A DNA stretch of 64,000 nucleotides. Source: an uncultured virus (IMG/VR IMGVR_UViG_3300013004_000028). Its lineage: Duplodnaviria > Heunggongvirae > Uroviricota > Caudoviricetes. The notes under the pieces were generated by a model that saw only the letters and a program-made list of their open reading frames with translations, was not told where the DNA came from and ran no database searches. This document shows positions 20,726 through 29,373 of this stretch, piece by piece. Made by a program: the position numbers and the translations under genes. The stretch is from IMG/VR virus record IMGVR_UViG_3300013004_000028. One strand, written 5' to 3'. Numbering within the stretch: the first letter of the stretch is position 1; each line of letters opens with the position of its first letter.

Positions 20726-20758
20726 CAAAAGGATGAACTAAAAAACTTGTAGATTTTT

Positions 20759-21658
20759 TTATAATGATTTGTACCATTCAATAATCTCTTGTTTTTCCAT
20801 ATCTCCAAAATCTTTTTTATAAGGAAGTTTTACAAAAATAGAATCACTGCTAAAGAATTTAGATAGTTTATATTTGATTCCCAATGCAGCTTCCATTCCT
20901 CTATTAGTTTCAGAATCTATATCATTGTTAGTCGCAATAATAATTTTATCTACATTGCTTTTTATCAGAGTAAGTATTACAGGCTTTGAAACACTTAATC
21001 CGAAAAGAACTAAAAAGTTTTTTATACCAGCCTCATAAAGAGAAAGAGCATCTCCAATACTTTCCACTAAAATTACACATCTTGAAGATTCGATATCAGA
21101 GTGTGTGAGTTTATAAGGGTAAACAAAATTAGCCTTTCTACCTAATATTTTCCATTTAGGCCTTTGAGAGTTAGTATATAAATCTCTCCCAGCAAGACCT
21201 ATGATTTTTTCTCCTTGATAGATAGGGAAAACGAATCTGTTGTTAAGTTTCCCATAAGTTTTTACTCCTCCACCAAAATCTTTTACAGTTTGTTCTGAAA
21301 TGCCTCTATTTTTATAAAATGTATACCAAGGCATTAAATCTTTTACGAAATCAGAATCAAAGAATTTATCTTGAACTATTTTAGTTTCCTCTTCTTCTTC
21401 CTGAGCATTAGCCGAACTATCGAAATACTCATCCCTTAAGAAGTTTTTAGCATCCTTTTCATTTATGTTCAAGGTTATCATGGCCAACTTTACAAGAGGA
21501 CCCGATTGACCAGTAACGAAATCTGTAAACCATCCACTTTTAGTGTTCACACTTAAAGATGAACTAGCACTATTTCTATAAATAGCTTTCATTCTTAGAT
21601 AATCAGATCCAGACTTCTCTGGCATATATCCCATTTTCTTGAGTAAATCTACGATCAT
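20759..21658 (-). CDS. dnaG: DNA primase (Toprim)
   Basis: RFVFPI...IGLAGR, PKW, LVESIGDALSL, TNND, KDFGDM; adjacent to the helicase. Confidence 0.85.
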   Translation of the reverse strand: MIVDLLKKMGYMPEKSGSDYLRMKAIYRNSASSSLSVNTKSGWFTDFVTGQSGPLVKLAMITLNINEKDAKNFLRDEYFDSSANAQEEEEETKIVQDKFFDSDFVKDLMPWYTFYKNRGISEQTVKDFGGGVKTYGKLNNRFVFPIYQGEKIIGLAGRDLYTNSQRPKWKILGRKANFVYPYKLTHSDIESSRCVILVESIGDALSLYEAGIKNFLVLFGLSVSKPVILTLIKSNVDKIIIATNNDIDSETNRGMEAALGIKYKLSKFFSSDSIFVKLPYKKDFGDMEKQEIIEWYKSL

Positions 21659-23118
21659 ATGAAATCTCCTTTAGTGTATTTTTTATTATTTGCAACTTCT
21701 ATTTGCCCTAATCTTTTATTGAATACATCTTCTGCACTACCGCATTCACTAACCTTAAAGTTTTCGACTTTAAAATTAATATAATTTTCTACAAAAACAT
21801 CTCCGTCTTGAGTAGATCTCTTTACATAGTTGTCTGCCCCCATAGCCTCTTCGCCTTGAACACGGGCTCGAACTTCGATAAGTTTATGAGTTCCGAATTC
21901 TTTGCCTCCTTCTCCAATCTCCTCTGGGCTTTTCTTCTCTAGTCTATACATGTTGGAACAATGCCATTCGATCTGAGAAGACATTGCTGTGCCTCCGCTA
22001 CGATTAGTCTGAACGGCTGTCAATCCTGCGGTTCTAGGTAATAAAGACACGAGCTTTTTTAGTTTATCAGTCTTTTGACCAAGAAGCTCATATCCCTCGA
22101 ATGCATTAGTAATATTTTCTTGAGTAGATTTCAGATAATCATAAATAAGTAATACATTCTCCCCATTTTTGACATTTTGAACATACCATCTTTTAGCAAT
22201 TGATATTACTTCATCAATAGATTTGTTAGCAACATATTTATGGTGAACTCTCCCCTTGTATTTCTCTAGAGAATTTAAAGCTGCATATACTTTATTTTTA
22301 TCAATTGGATTATTTAAGAATTTGCCAGTTTTAATTTTGTATTCATTGACACCCGAAATAGCAGAAAGATTTCTAGCAATAATACGATCTGTTTCAAGTT
22401 CTGTATCCAAAACCAATGCTAAACAATTATTCTCTTCTAGACCAGCTACTTCATAAGCTAGAAAGTTTACGAAAGTACTCTTGCCAACCTTTGGCCCAGC
22501 GGCAATAACAAACAAGTCACCGAAGCTAGGACCTCCATACATTTTTGTAAAAATTGGAAATGGGGTTTTGAGACATACTGGCCTTGGATTATTAGCCCAG
22601 TCTAGAACGGTCTCCTGCATCGTAGAAAAAACATCAATAGGCTTTTCCTCATCAGCTACGTTTTCTGTGCCTGCACTCTTTAATGTGTTCTCAATAACAT
22701 TGGCAAGCTCTGGCAAAGATTTATCAATATTACTCCTGATTTCATTCTTACCTTCTTCTAAAGATTTATCTGCTTTTCTAGCAAAATCATATTTAATTAC
22801 GTTACTAATAAAGCTAGGAAGAGACTGCTCTCTGATTTGCATCTGAGACAAACAATCAAGATAATCTATAATGTTTAAATCTTCAAATAGCTTTAGACCA
22901 ATAGACGTTAGCTTTTCAGAGACAAGCAATTTATCAACAGTAGCATTCTGATTGTAAACAGCCAAGATAGCTGAAAAAATGGCTGAGTGAACTTTGTTAT
23001 CAAAATGAGTGGCTTTTAAAATAGAACCGTAATCGGCTACATTGTCTGGCCACTTTATAAAGCCAGCTAGACATGCACGTTCTTGTTCTTGAGGAGTTGA
23101 AATTCTGCTATGATTCAT
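21655..23118 (-). CDS. dnaB: Replicative DnaB-like helicase
   Basis: N-terminal E.A.LA..I and F....H..IF pattern; Walker A AGPKVGKS, DTEL, IYDYL, AVQTNR. Confidence 0.9.
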   Translation of the reverse strand: MNHSRISTPQEQERACLAGFIKWPDNVADYGSILKATHFDNKVHSAIFSAILAVYNQNATVDKLLVSEKLTSIGLKLFEDLNIIDYLDCLSQMQIREQSLPSFISNVIKYDFARKADKSLEEGKNEIRSNIDKSLPELANVIENTLKSAGTENVADEEKPIDVFSTMQETVLDWANNPRPVCLKTPFPIFTKMYGGPSFGDLFVIAAGPKVGKSTFVNFLAYEVAGLEENNCLALVLDTELETDRIIARNLSAISGVNEYKIKTGKFLNNPIDKNKVYAALNSLEKYKGRVHHKYVANKSIDEVISIAKRWYVQNVKNGENVLLIYDYLKSTQENITNAFEGYELLGQKTDKLKKLVSLLPRTAGLTAVQTNRSGGTAMSSQIEWHCSNMYRLEKKSPEEIGEGGKEFGTHKLIEVRARVQGEEAMGADNYVKRSTQDGDVFVENYINFKVENFKVSECGSAEDVFNKRLGQIEVANNKKYTKGDFI

Positions 23119-23660
23119 TTAAATAGAAAATCTTTTAGAGATTTAGGTTTTTTCACTGATAGTTCTAAGTCTAACTGTACATCTTGAACAAACATATCTT
23201 CCGATTTTTCTTGTTTTTGTTCTTGTTTTATTTCTATACTAGGTAAATACGCTCTAATATATTTTCGACCTTCTTCACATAGATAGAAAAGAAGAGTAGA
23301 AGCTTTTTTGTTTGGAACTACAGAGAGAAGAGTTTTTAAATCAAACAAAGCTAAAAGCTTATTTGCCGCCAGCATTTCCTTAGGCCAAAAAATATTATCT
23401 CTTTTTCCAAGGAAATGGAAGATAAGCATTCTTGCCTCTTTAGGATTAGAAATTTTCTTTTCCTTTGGTTTAAGTTTTAAAATCAAACCAAATTTTCCAT
23501 GCAAATATTCTCTGATTTCCATGACCCCTTTTGACCCCATGCCCTCTAGAGACTTAATATCTTCTAAAAATTTACCATTGAAATCAACTTCAGAAAGGAA
23601 ACCGTTTTGCAATAATACATTTTTTGTCCTATTAGAAATAGGGAATTCAGAAACAAGCAT
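23115..23660 (-). CDS. Protein with an N-terminal RNA polymerase alpha-CTD-like HhH domain
   Basis: VSEFPISNRTKNVLLQNG...DIKSLEGMGSKGVMEIREYL aligns by eye with alpha-CTD (IDELELSVRS.NCL..AG...LLK..NLG.KSL.EI.E.L). Confidence 0.65.
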   Translation of the reverse strand: MLVSEFPISNRTKNVLLQNGFLSEVDFNGKFLEDIKSLEGMGSKGVMEIREYLHGKFGLILKLKPKEKKISNPKEARMLIFHFLGKRDNIFWPKEMLAANKLLALFDLKTLLSVVPNKKASTLLFYLCEEGRKYIRAYLPSIEIKQEQKQEKSEDMFVQDVQLDLELSVKKPKSLKDFLFK

Positions 23661-23662
23661 AA

Positions 23663-24079
23663 TTATTTAATAATATGAGAACCAAAAACACTCTCTATCC
23701 ATTTTTCTTTTAAGGGCATATTCTTTTCATAGATTTCGATTACTTCAAATCCATTCTTTTCAAGAAGATGCTCTTTCAGAACATCTCTATAAACCTGTTT
23801 CTCAAAATCTTCAACTGAATTTTGAAAATAAGGAGTATATTCTACATGAAATAATCCGTTTACTTCTACAGCTATTTTTCTTGAGAAATTCATCAGATCA
23901 ACTCTCAAGCGAGTCTGAGGCAACAGGACCTCCTCTCCAACCACATCATCCTTCCAATATTTTTTAAAGAATTGTTTTACATTAAACTGGAAAAAACTAA
24001 GACTATCGCCATTCCATTTTATTGCATATTTTTTCTCAGATAATGGTCGGATATTATCCTTTGCCGTTATCCATTTCAT
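23663..24079 (-). CDS. Vsr/DUF559-like PD-(D/E)XK endonuclease
   Basis: E...RVDL...IAVEVNGLFH...D..KE..L..NG pattern. Confidence 0.7.
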   Translation of the reverse strand: MKWITAKDNIRPLSEKKYAIKWNGDSLSFFQFNVKQFFKKYWKDDVVGEEVLLPQTRLRVDLMNFSRKIAVEVNGLFHVEYTPYFQNSVEDFEKQVYRDVLKEHLLEKNGFEVIEIYEKNMPLKEKWIESVFGSHIIK

Positions 24080-24086
24080 TTAAAAA

Positions 24087-24374
24087 TTATAGAGATAATT
24101 TTTGGATTTCCGCAATTATAAGACTACAAGCCTGTACTAGATTGTCTTGAACAGATTCACTAGGAGAAAAATTTTTAAATGGCCAAAGTTCTTTAGCTTC
24201 TTTAAAATTATTATCGCCAGAAGTTTGACCATGAGCAAAACCAACAAGAGTTAAAGCAGCCAATAGAAGCTGACCATTTTTATATTGTAGATCATGATCT
24301 ACAGTATAGCCTTTTTCGATCTGCTTTTCTCTTTGAGCCTTAATTGAATCTAGTATTTCTTGAATGTCTTTCAT
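24087..24374 (-). CDS. Hypothetical phage protein
   Basis: QREKQIEKGYT..HD...G.L..AA...WP...LV.A.SLIIAEI is a recurrent phage pattern. Confidence 0.55.
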   Translation of the reverse strand: MKDIQEILDSIKAQREKQIEKGYTVDHDLQYKNGQLLLAALTLVGFAHGQTSGDNNFKEAKELWPFKNFSPSESVQDNLVQACSLIIAEIQKLSL

Positions 24375-24377
24375 ATT

Positions 24378-24791
24378 TTATAAAGATATATTGTATTGCT
24401 TTAGAAAAAAATCAAATGATAAATTATCAATGTTCTCATTAAAAAGTTCTACTAATGTAATATTATTTCTAATGCACCATTCTCTTTTGATATCGTCACT
24501 TTTAACTTTGTTTAAGAAATTTTGTCGATTCTTATGCAACCATGGATTAAAATTTACATGGTATTCGTCGGGACTAACTTCTATAGCTATTTTTTTAGAG
24601 AAATTGAAAAGATCAATTCTGAATTTGCTGCCCGGAATAACAAACTCTTCTTTGACTACATCATTTTTCCAGAATGGGTAAAGGAAATTTTTTACTTTAA
24701 ACTGGGGAATAGAAATTTTCTTATCCCAATCTATACAAGATTTAGCAACAACATTTACTTTTGTATTGCCTCTTAATTTCGTTAATTCCAT
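24378..24791 (-). CDS. Vsr/DUF559-like endonuclease (paralog of 23663..24079)
   Basis: QFKVKNFL..FWKNDVVKEE..RIDLFNFSKKIAIEV...H is nearly colinear with the paralog. Confidence 0.7.
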   Translation of the reverse strand: MELTKLRGNTKVNVVAKSCIDWDKKISIPQFKVKNFLYPFWKNDVVKEEFVIPGSKFRIDLFNFSKKIAIEVSPDEYHVNFNPWLHKNRQNFLNKVKSDDIKREWCIRNNITLVELFNENIDNLSFDFFLKQYNISL

Positions 24792-25930
24792 TAAGCTATA
24801 ATCTCATTAACCTTTCTAAGAAGCCATTCGAAAACATTTCGATTGCTTTCTATATAATCATAAAGAGAAGACATTCCTTGATGCTGTATTTGTATTTCTA
24901 CCCCATCATCTTTAGCCATTGAAACAATACTTTCAGAAAAAGAATACCAAGCTCCTTTTTTGGTAACGAGTTCAAAGGATATAATCATATCCACTACTTC
25001 TTTCTCAACCCAAATAGCACAACCACTTCTTCCCTTTTTAATAGGGATTTTTACTTTAGATCCGGTTACATCTGTAGATGACTTTTTGATTTCAATAGTA
25101 GCATAAACTCCAAGAACTTTATTCTTTACAGGATCTGGTTTCTCATTAGGTTTTTCAAGAATGTAATCTCCACCATAACGAGGCTGATAGGAAAGGGTAA
25201 TATCACTTTGGTGATTGATTGCTGATCCTCCTGCCCCATCACTTTGCCTTGGAGGAGTCTTACTATAAGGATCGAGTTTGATCTCAGCTGTGTACTGACT
25301 TGTAATCAAAAACAAAGCATCAAAGTGAACTACCTTCAAAGCCAATCTTTTAAATAAAATTTTTGTAAGAAGAGGAACCCCAGCTACTTTAACATTCTCA
25401 TCTCCATTCCATAGATTCTTCTCTTTATCTGATTTAAGGATCACACCATCTAGAGAGTCAAGAATAATACATAGTTTCTCTCCTGCCTCATGCATTTTAG
25501 GTAGAATGCTTTCAATTAAAGATGCTATAGTTTCAAAAACATTACAACTAAAAACAAAAACAGTACCGTATTCCCAATTACTTGGATCAGTAACAAATTT
25601 CATTCCTGTTCTTTTCTGCATTTCAGGGGTTAAGCGAGCTTCAGCTTTAATAAAAATGGTTTTAGATTTTTCAATCTTATCCATATAATTTTGAGAGAAA
25701 ACAAAACATTGTGAAGTTTTACCTAACTCACTCCCCTTACCACAAACTCTGACAAAGGAGCCAGAGCGCACCTTAATTAAGGTATCTAGGCCTAAAGATC
25801 CAGAAGAAATCGTTACCTCCTCAGGTTGAAGGTAATTAAAATGATTTTCCTCATTGTTCTTCAAAAATGAATTAAGCATATCTTTTGAATCTGCTTCATT
25901 TGAGGAGTCTTCTTTCTTTTTAGATGCCAT
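24791..25930 (-). CDS. recA: RecA/UvsX-like recombinase
   Basis: SSGSLGLD, Walker A-like GKGSELGKTS, IILDSL, GGSAINH, IKKS, KKGAWYSF. Confidence 0.85.
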   Translation of the reverse strand: MASKKKEDSSNEADSKDMLNSFLKNNEENHFNYLQPEEVTISSGSLGLDTLIKVRSGSFVRVCGKGSELGKTSQCFVFSQNYMDKIEKSKTIFIKAEARLTPEMQKRTGMKFVTDPSNWEYGTVFVFSCNVFETIASLIESILPKMHEAGEKLCIILDSLDGVILKSDKEKNLWNGDENVKVAGVPLLTKILFKRLALKVVHFDALFLITSQYTAEIKLDPYSKTPPRQSDGAGGSAINHQSDITLSYQPRYGGDYILEKPNEKPDPVKNKVLGVYATIEIKKSSTDVTGSKVKIPIKKGRSGCAIWVEKEVVDMIISFELVTKKGAWYSFSESIVSMAKDDGVEIQIQHQGMSSLYDYIESNRNVFEWLLRKVNEIIA

Positions 25931-25945
25931 ATTATTATAATTTTT

Positions 25946-26137
25946 CTATTCTACTTGCTCTAATCCCTGAGTTTTCGAAGAATACAACTCGCAAGAGTTA
26001 CAAACTTCATCTGTTAGACCGTGGATTCCACGTTCTAAACAATAATAACCAACAGATCTTTTGGATGAGCAGCATGAAGGGCCATACTCTGCAACTGTAT
26101 CTGATCTGAATTTACATGTTTCCATTTTATTTTCCAT
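25946..26137 (-). CDS. Small Cys-rich protein
   Basis: Six Cys in 63 aa; preceded by the GTGTA motif. Confidence 0.55.
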   Translation of the reverse strand: MENKMETCKFRSDTVAEYGPSCCSSKRSVGYYCLERGIHGLTDEVCNSCELYSSKTQGLEQVE

Positions 26138-26144
26138 AGATAAA

Positions 26145-26160
26145 AGAATACACTTTAAAA
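26145..26160 (-). promoter_or_regulatory. TTTTAAAGTGTATTCT element (GTGTA-class promoter)
   Basis: Identical 16-mer at 46664..46679; both copies are intergenic and upstream of an ATG. Confidence 0.55.
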
Positions 26161-26191
26161 AATAATCCCGCGCCTAATTAAAGGCGCGGGA
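26157..26191 (-). terminator. Rho-independent terminator
   Basis: Perfect 10-bp GC-rich stem TCCCGCGCCT/AGGCGCGGGA followed by TTATTTTTT on the minus strand. Confidence 0.85.
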
Positions 26192-26205
26192 GAAACATCA
26201 ATCTA

Positions 26206-26454
26206 CTAAACAATAGATGTTTTTGCAACTTTCAGAACTTCTCCATTATTAACATTTATGAATGTAACATAATTATTAGAGATGCTCAAGATCTTTGCGC
26301 AGAACTTTTGTTGCCCTTTCTTTGATCGAGTATGAAGAGTTATAAATCGACCTCGATGATTTGCGTAAGGATGGTCCGCAGGAGTTTGAGCTTCGATCTT
26401 TACTTTTTCAGTTTTTATTTTATTTTGCTTATTCATATAGAGATATTGTGTCAA
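26206..26454 (-). CDS. Small basic hypothetical protein
   Basis: ORF followed by a terminator; the true start may be the second Met. Confidence 0.5.
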   Translation of the reverse strand: MTQYLYMNKQNKIKTEKVKIEAQTPADHPYANHRGRFITLHTRSKKGQQKFCAKILSISNNYVTFINVNNGEVLKVAKTSIV

Positions 26455-26614
26455 ACAAACATATTTTTGTATGCTTTATAATTAAAGCTTTTAGTCTATC
26501 TGACTGCTCTTTTGTTAAGAGCTCTTCTTTAGTGTAATCTATTATAGATTGCAATGCAATTTCATTTGCGATTGCTTTCACATCTGACTCTAGCACATTC
26601 ATATTATTTGTCAA
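26429..26614 (-). CDS. Small hypothetical protein
   Basis: ORF track; start codon uncertain. Confidence 0.4.
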   Translation of the reverse strand: MTNNMNVLESDVKAIANEIALQSIIDYTKEELLTKEQSDRLKALIIKHTKICLFDTISLYE

Positions 26615-26623
26615 TTAAAATTT

Positions 26624-27259
26624 TTAAAGATTGAAAGATTTTAGAGAAAATTCAAAGGGATTACCTTCGATACTCTTTACTAAGTTTAACATTTTAAGAG
26701 CTATGATTCGAGTTTCTTCTTGAGTGTCAGGCTTTAGTCTTAAATTCCAAAAATTAAGAAAAGAAAGTAACGATCCTGTCCAGATAAATTGAGTTTCTAG
26801 ACACAAAGGTAAAATTGCTCTAGCTTGTTCCTTAGCAACTCCGGCCTCACAAAGTTCCTTATAAAGTAAAGAGGATTGCTTGACAAAGTTAGAAATTTTT
26901 TCTAATAATTCTGGGTTATCAATTTCACCTTCACTGCCCTGTTTAGATGACTTAGACTGTTTTCTCAGTTTCTCTATTGTAAAATAATTATCACTGAAAT
27001 CAACATATCTACCACTTATACTATTTGCAGACATTCCAACCTGATGTTTGAAAAGCTGTCTCTCTACAAAAATAGGACACTCTATTCTAAATTGTAATTG
27101 AGGATGTCTGAAAGGAGCGACATGTTTATGTTCAACAAGAAAATTTATTAGTTTTCCATCTTTTTCATCAAAGACATTTTTATATTTTCCATAGCTAACT
27201 CTAGCAGCATTGGCGATCATTAGGTCGTTTCCAAAATAATTTAATAATTCAGCTTTCAT
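26624..27259 (-). CDS. thyX: Flavin-dependent thymidylate synthase
   Basis: ANAARVSY, H.APF, RQLFKH...NSISGRY, KEQARAILP, LR....Q.E.R. Confidence 0.92.
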   Translation of the reverse strand: MKAELLNYFGNDLMIANAARVSYGKYKNVFDEKDGKLINFLVEHKHVAPFRHPQLQFRIECPIFVERQLFKHQVGMSANSISGRYVDFSDNYFTIEKLRKQSKSSKQGSEGEIDNPELLEKISNFVKQSSLLYKELCEAGVAKEQARAILPLCLETQFIWTGSLLSFLNFWNLRLKPDTQEETRIIALKMLNLVKSIEGNPFEFSLKSFNL

Positions 27260-27686
27260 TTTGTAAATTTATTTTTTTTCTGTTTTCTATATGAGATAAG
27301 ATTATATCTTCTTTTGATTTTCCAAAATATTCGACTCCATGGAAGTTTTTAATTATTTCTACATTAAGACATTTGTTTGCAGAGGTATCAAAAACATAAG
27401 CTAATATCCTACCAAATTTTTCTTTACCTTCTAATGACACATTATGTATATGAGTCTTAATCACAACTTCATTTTTATTATTTTTAAAAAATGTTTCTGC
27501 AAATTTTTTACTTAACTCTCCGAACTTCTTTTCTTCGGAATCTTTAGTTTTTATCTCAGGGGTATCTACCCCCATTAATCTTATAAATTTCTCCTTTAAG
27601 GAAAAACCGAATCCAAGATCAATGTCAGCTAAAAAAGTATCTCCATCATAGACTCTTAAGACTTTAGCTTTATATTCGTAAGGCAT
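27249..27686 (-). CDS. Thermonuclease (SNase-like)
   Basis: RVYDGDT..DIDLGF, IRLMGVDTPE, KFGRILA. Confidence 0.9.
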   Translation of the reverse strand: MPYEYKAKVLRVYDGDTFLADIDLGFGFSLKEKFIRLMGVDTPEIKTKDSEEKKFGELSKKFAETFFKNNKNEVVIKTHIHNVSLEGKEKFGRILAYVFDTSANKCLNVEIIKNFHGVEYFGKSKEDIILSHIENRKKINLQNES

Positions 27687-28142
27687 TTAATTATTTTTTT
27701 TTATTTGACTTTCTAAAATAGGAGAAAGATTAGCAGGACTGTAATTTGGACCCTTTTGCCATTTACCATCCTCTCTACGAAATCCATTTGTAATTTTGGA
27801 ATCATTAGATCTGCACACTTCATTCTCAAATGGCTCAATGTCAAGTCCATAAGAACATGCCGCTCCTATAGAAACATAGTTAATATCGGCTAGAGCATCA
27901 GCCACTTCTATTAAATTGACTTCTCCTTCTATATCGTAATTAAAATCATCAATACTTATAGATTCTTCTTTATCTGACAAAGAAACTTTAACACCGCTTG
28001 CTTCAGCTAGTTCCAAAACTTCTTCTAAAAGAAGACTTATCCTTAGAACTCTAGTTAAATTGTCAGGTATAGAAGGAGAATCTGGGCAGTTTTGCCCAAT
28101 AGCTTTCATAAAATTTAATACGCTTTTTTGGAAATTCGTCAT
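27687..28142 (-). CDS. MazG-like nucleoside triphosphate pyrophosphohydrolase
   Basis: LLLEEVLEL...EVADALADINYV...V.RSNDSK...REDGK..KGPNY. Confidence 0.85.
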   Translation of the reverse strand: MTNFQKSVLNFMKAIGQNCPDSPSIPDNLTRVLRISLLLEEVLELAEASGVKVSLSDKEESISIDDFNYDIEGEVNLIEVADALADINYVSIGAACSYGLDIEPFENEVCRSNDSKITNGFRREDGKWQKGPNYSPANLSPILESQIKKNN

Positions 28143-28152
28143 AACAACGAAA

Positions 28153-28180
28153 ATACTATAACATATTTTAAAAAAGTCAA
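28153..28180 (-). promoter_or_regulatory. Sigma70-like promoter
   Basis: TTGACT-N16-TAGTAT, 10 nt upstream of the ATG at 28142. Confidence 0.5.
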
Positions 28181-29373
28181 GCTTTTTCTACTGATAGCTT
28201 TTCGATGTCAGACTTTAACATTTTATTCACAAGCTGATCAAAGTTACATTTTGGAAACCAACCCAAATCTTTTCTAGCTAATGAGCTGTCTCCTAATAAA
28301 GTTTCTACTTCAGCTGGTCTATAAAACTTTTTATTGATAATTACTAAAGTTTTTTTAATGCCATTTATACAAGCTACTAATTTTTCATCTTCAGGATTAT
28401 TTGTTTCATTTTCCCATGAGCAATCTAATTTAATATAATTGAAAGATTTTTCTACAAACTCTCTAATAGAATGTGTTTCATTAGAAGAGAAAACATATTC
28501 ATTGGGAATACCTGAATAATCTTTATTATAAATATCTTGATTTAACATTCTCCATACCCCATCCATGAAATCTTCAGCATCGCTCCAGTCTCTTTTGGCA
28601 TCTATATTTCCTAATTCTAAAGGAGAAAAGTCTAAAGAGTTATCTATACAATATTTTATAGAAGAAACTTTTTTAGATATTTTTCTAGTGACAAATTCTT
28701 CACCTCTTCTCGTTCCTTCATGATTAAATAGCCAGCCTTGAATAGCATAAAGATTATAAGATTCTCTATAAACTTTTACAAGCTGTCTAGAAGCTGCCTT
28801 ACTTGCTCCGTAAGGACTTCTAGGGCGTAAGGGATGAACCTCATCTTGAGGAAAATATAAAACATTACCGAATTCTTCAGAAGATCCAGCTTGATATAAA
28901 CGACAAGTAGGTTTATATAATCTGATAGCTTCCAATATATCAAGAACAGCTGTAGAATTAGTCTGCCATGTTTGCCTAGCAAAATCCCAACTACTAGCAA
29001 CAAAACTTTGAGCAGCAAAATTGATAAAATAATCAGGAAGTAGTTTTTCTACAATCCTAGAAATAGCATGAGGATCAGTCAAATCAAAATTAATGAGATG
29101 AAATCTATCTGATTTTACATGTTTAATATTTTCATGATTATAAACACTTAATCTTCTCACTCCTCCAAAAATTAAAAAATCTGTATTGTCAAGTAAATAG
29201 TCAACCATATGACTTCCATCTTGACCAGTAACGCCTGTTATTATTACACAGGGCTTACCATTGCGTATATTAACAGCTTCATCTATATTTAATATATTAG
29301 ATGTGTCTATCTTTTTGCCATAATAAGTTTCTTGTAAATTCTCACTCATTTTAATAAATTTTAAGATTCGCAA
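28177..29373 (-). CDS. gmd: GDP-mannose 4,6-dehydratase
   Basis: ITGVTGQDGS, AAQSFV..SW, YQAGSSEEFG, PRSPYGASK, LFNHE..RRG..FVTRK, LGN.DAKRDW, RPAEV..L.GD. The true start may be MSENL at about 29349. Confidence 0.95.
   Translation of the reverse strand: MRILKFIKMSENLQETYYGKKIDTSNILNIDEAVNIRNGKPCVIITGVTGQDGSHMVDYLLDNTDFLIFGGVRRLSVYNHENIKHVKSDRFHLINFDLTDPHAISRIVEKLLPDYFINFAAQSFVASSWDFARQTWQTNSTAVLDILEAIRLYKPTCRLYQAGSSEEFGNVLYFPQDEVHPLRPRSPYGASKAASRQLVKVYRESYNLYAIQGWLFNHEGTRRGEEFVTRKISKKVSSIKYCIDNSLDFSPLELGNIDAKRDWSDAEDFMDGVWRMLNQDIYNKDYSGIPNEYVFSSNETHSIREFVEKSFNYIKLDCSWENETNNPEDEKLVACINGIKKTLVIINKKFYRPAEVETLLGDSSLARKDLGWFPKCNFDQLVNKMLKSDIEKLSVEKA

Noticed and set aside
28776..29018. 80-aa minus-strand ORF inside gmd
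   Set aside because: Alternative frame fully nested in a conserved enzyme gene.
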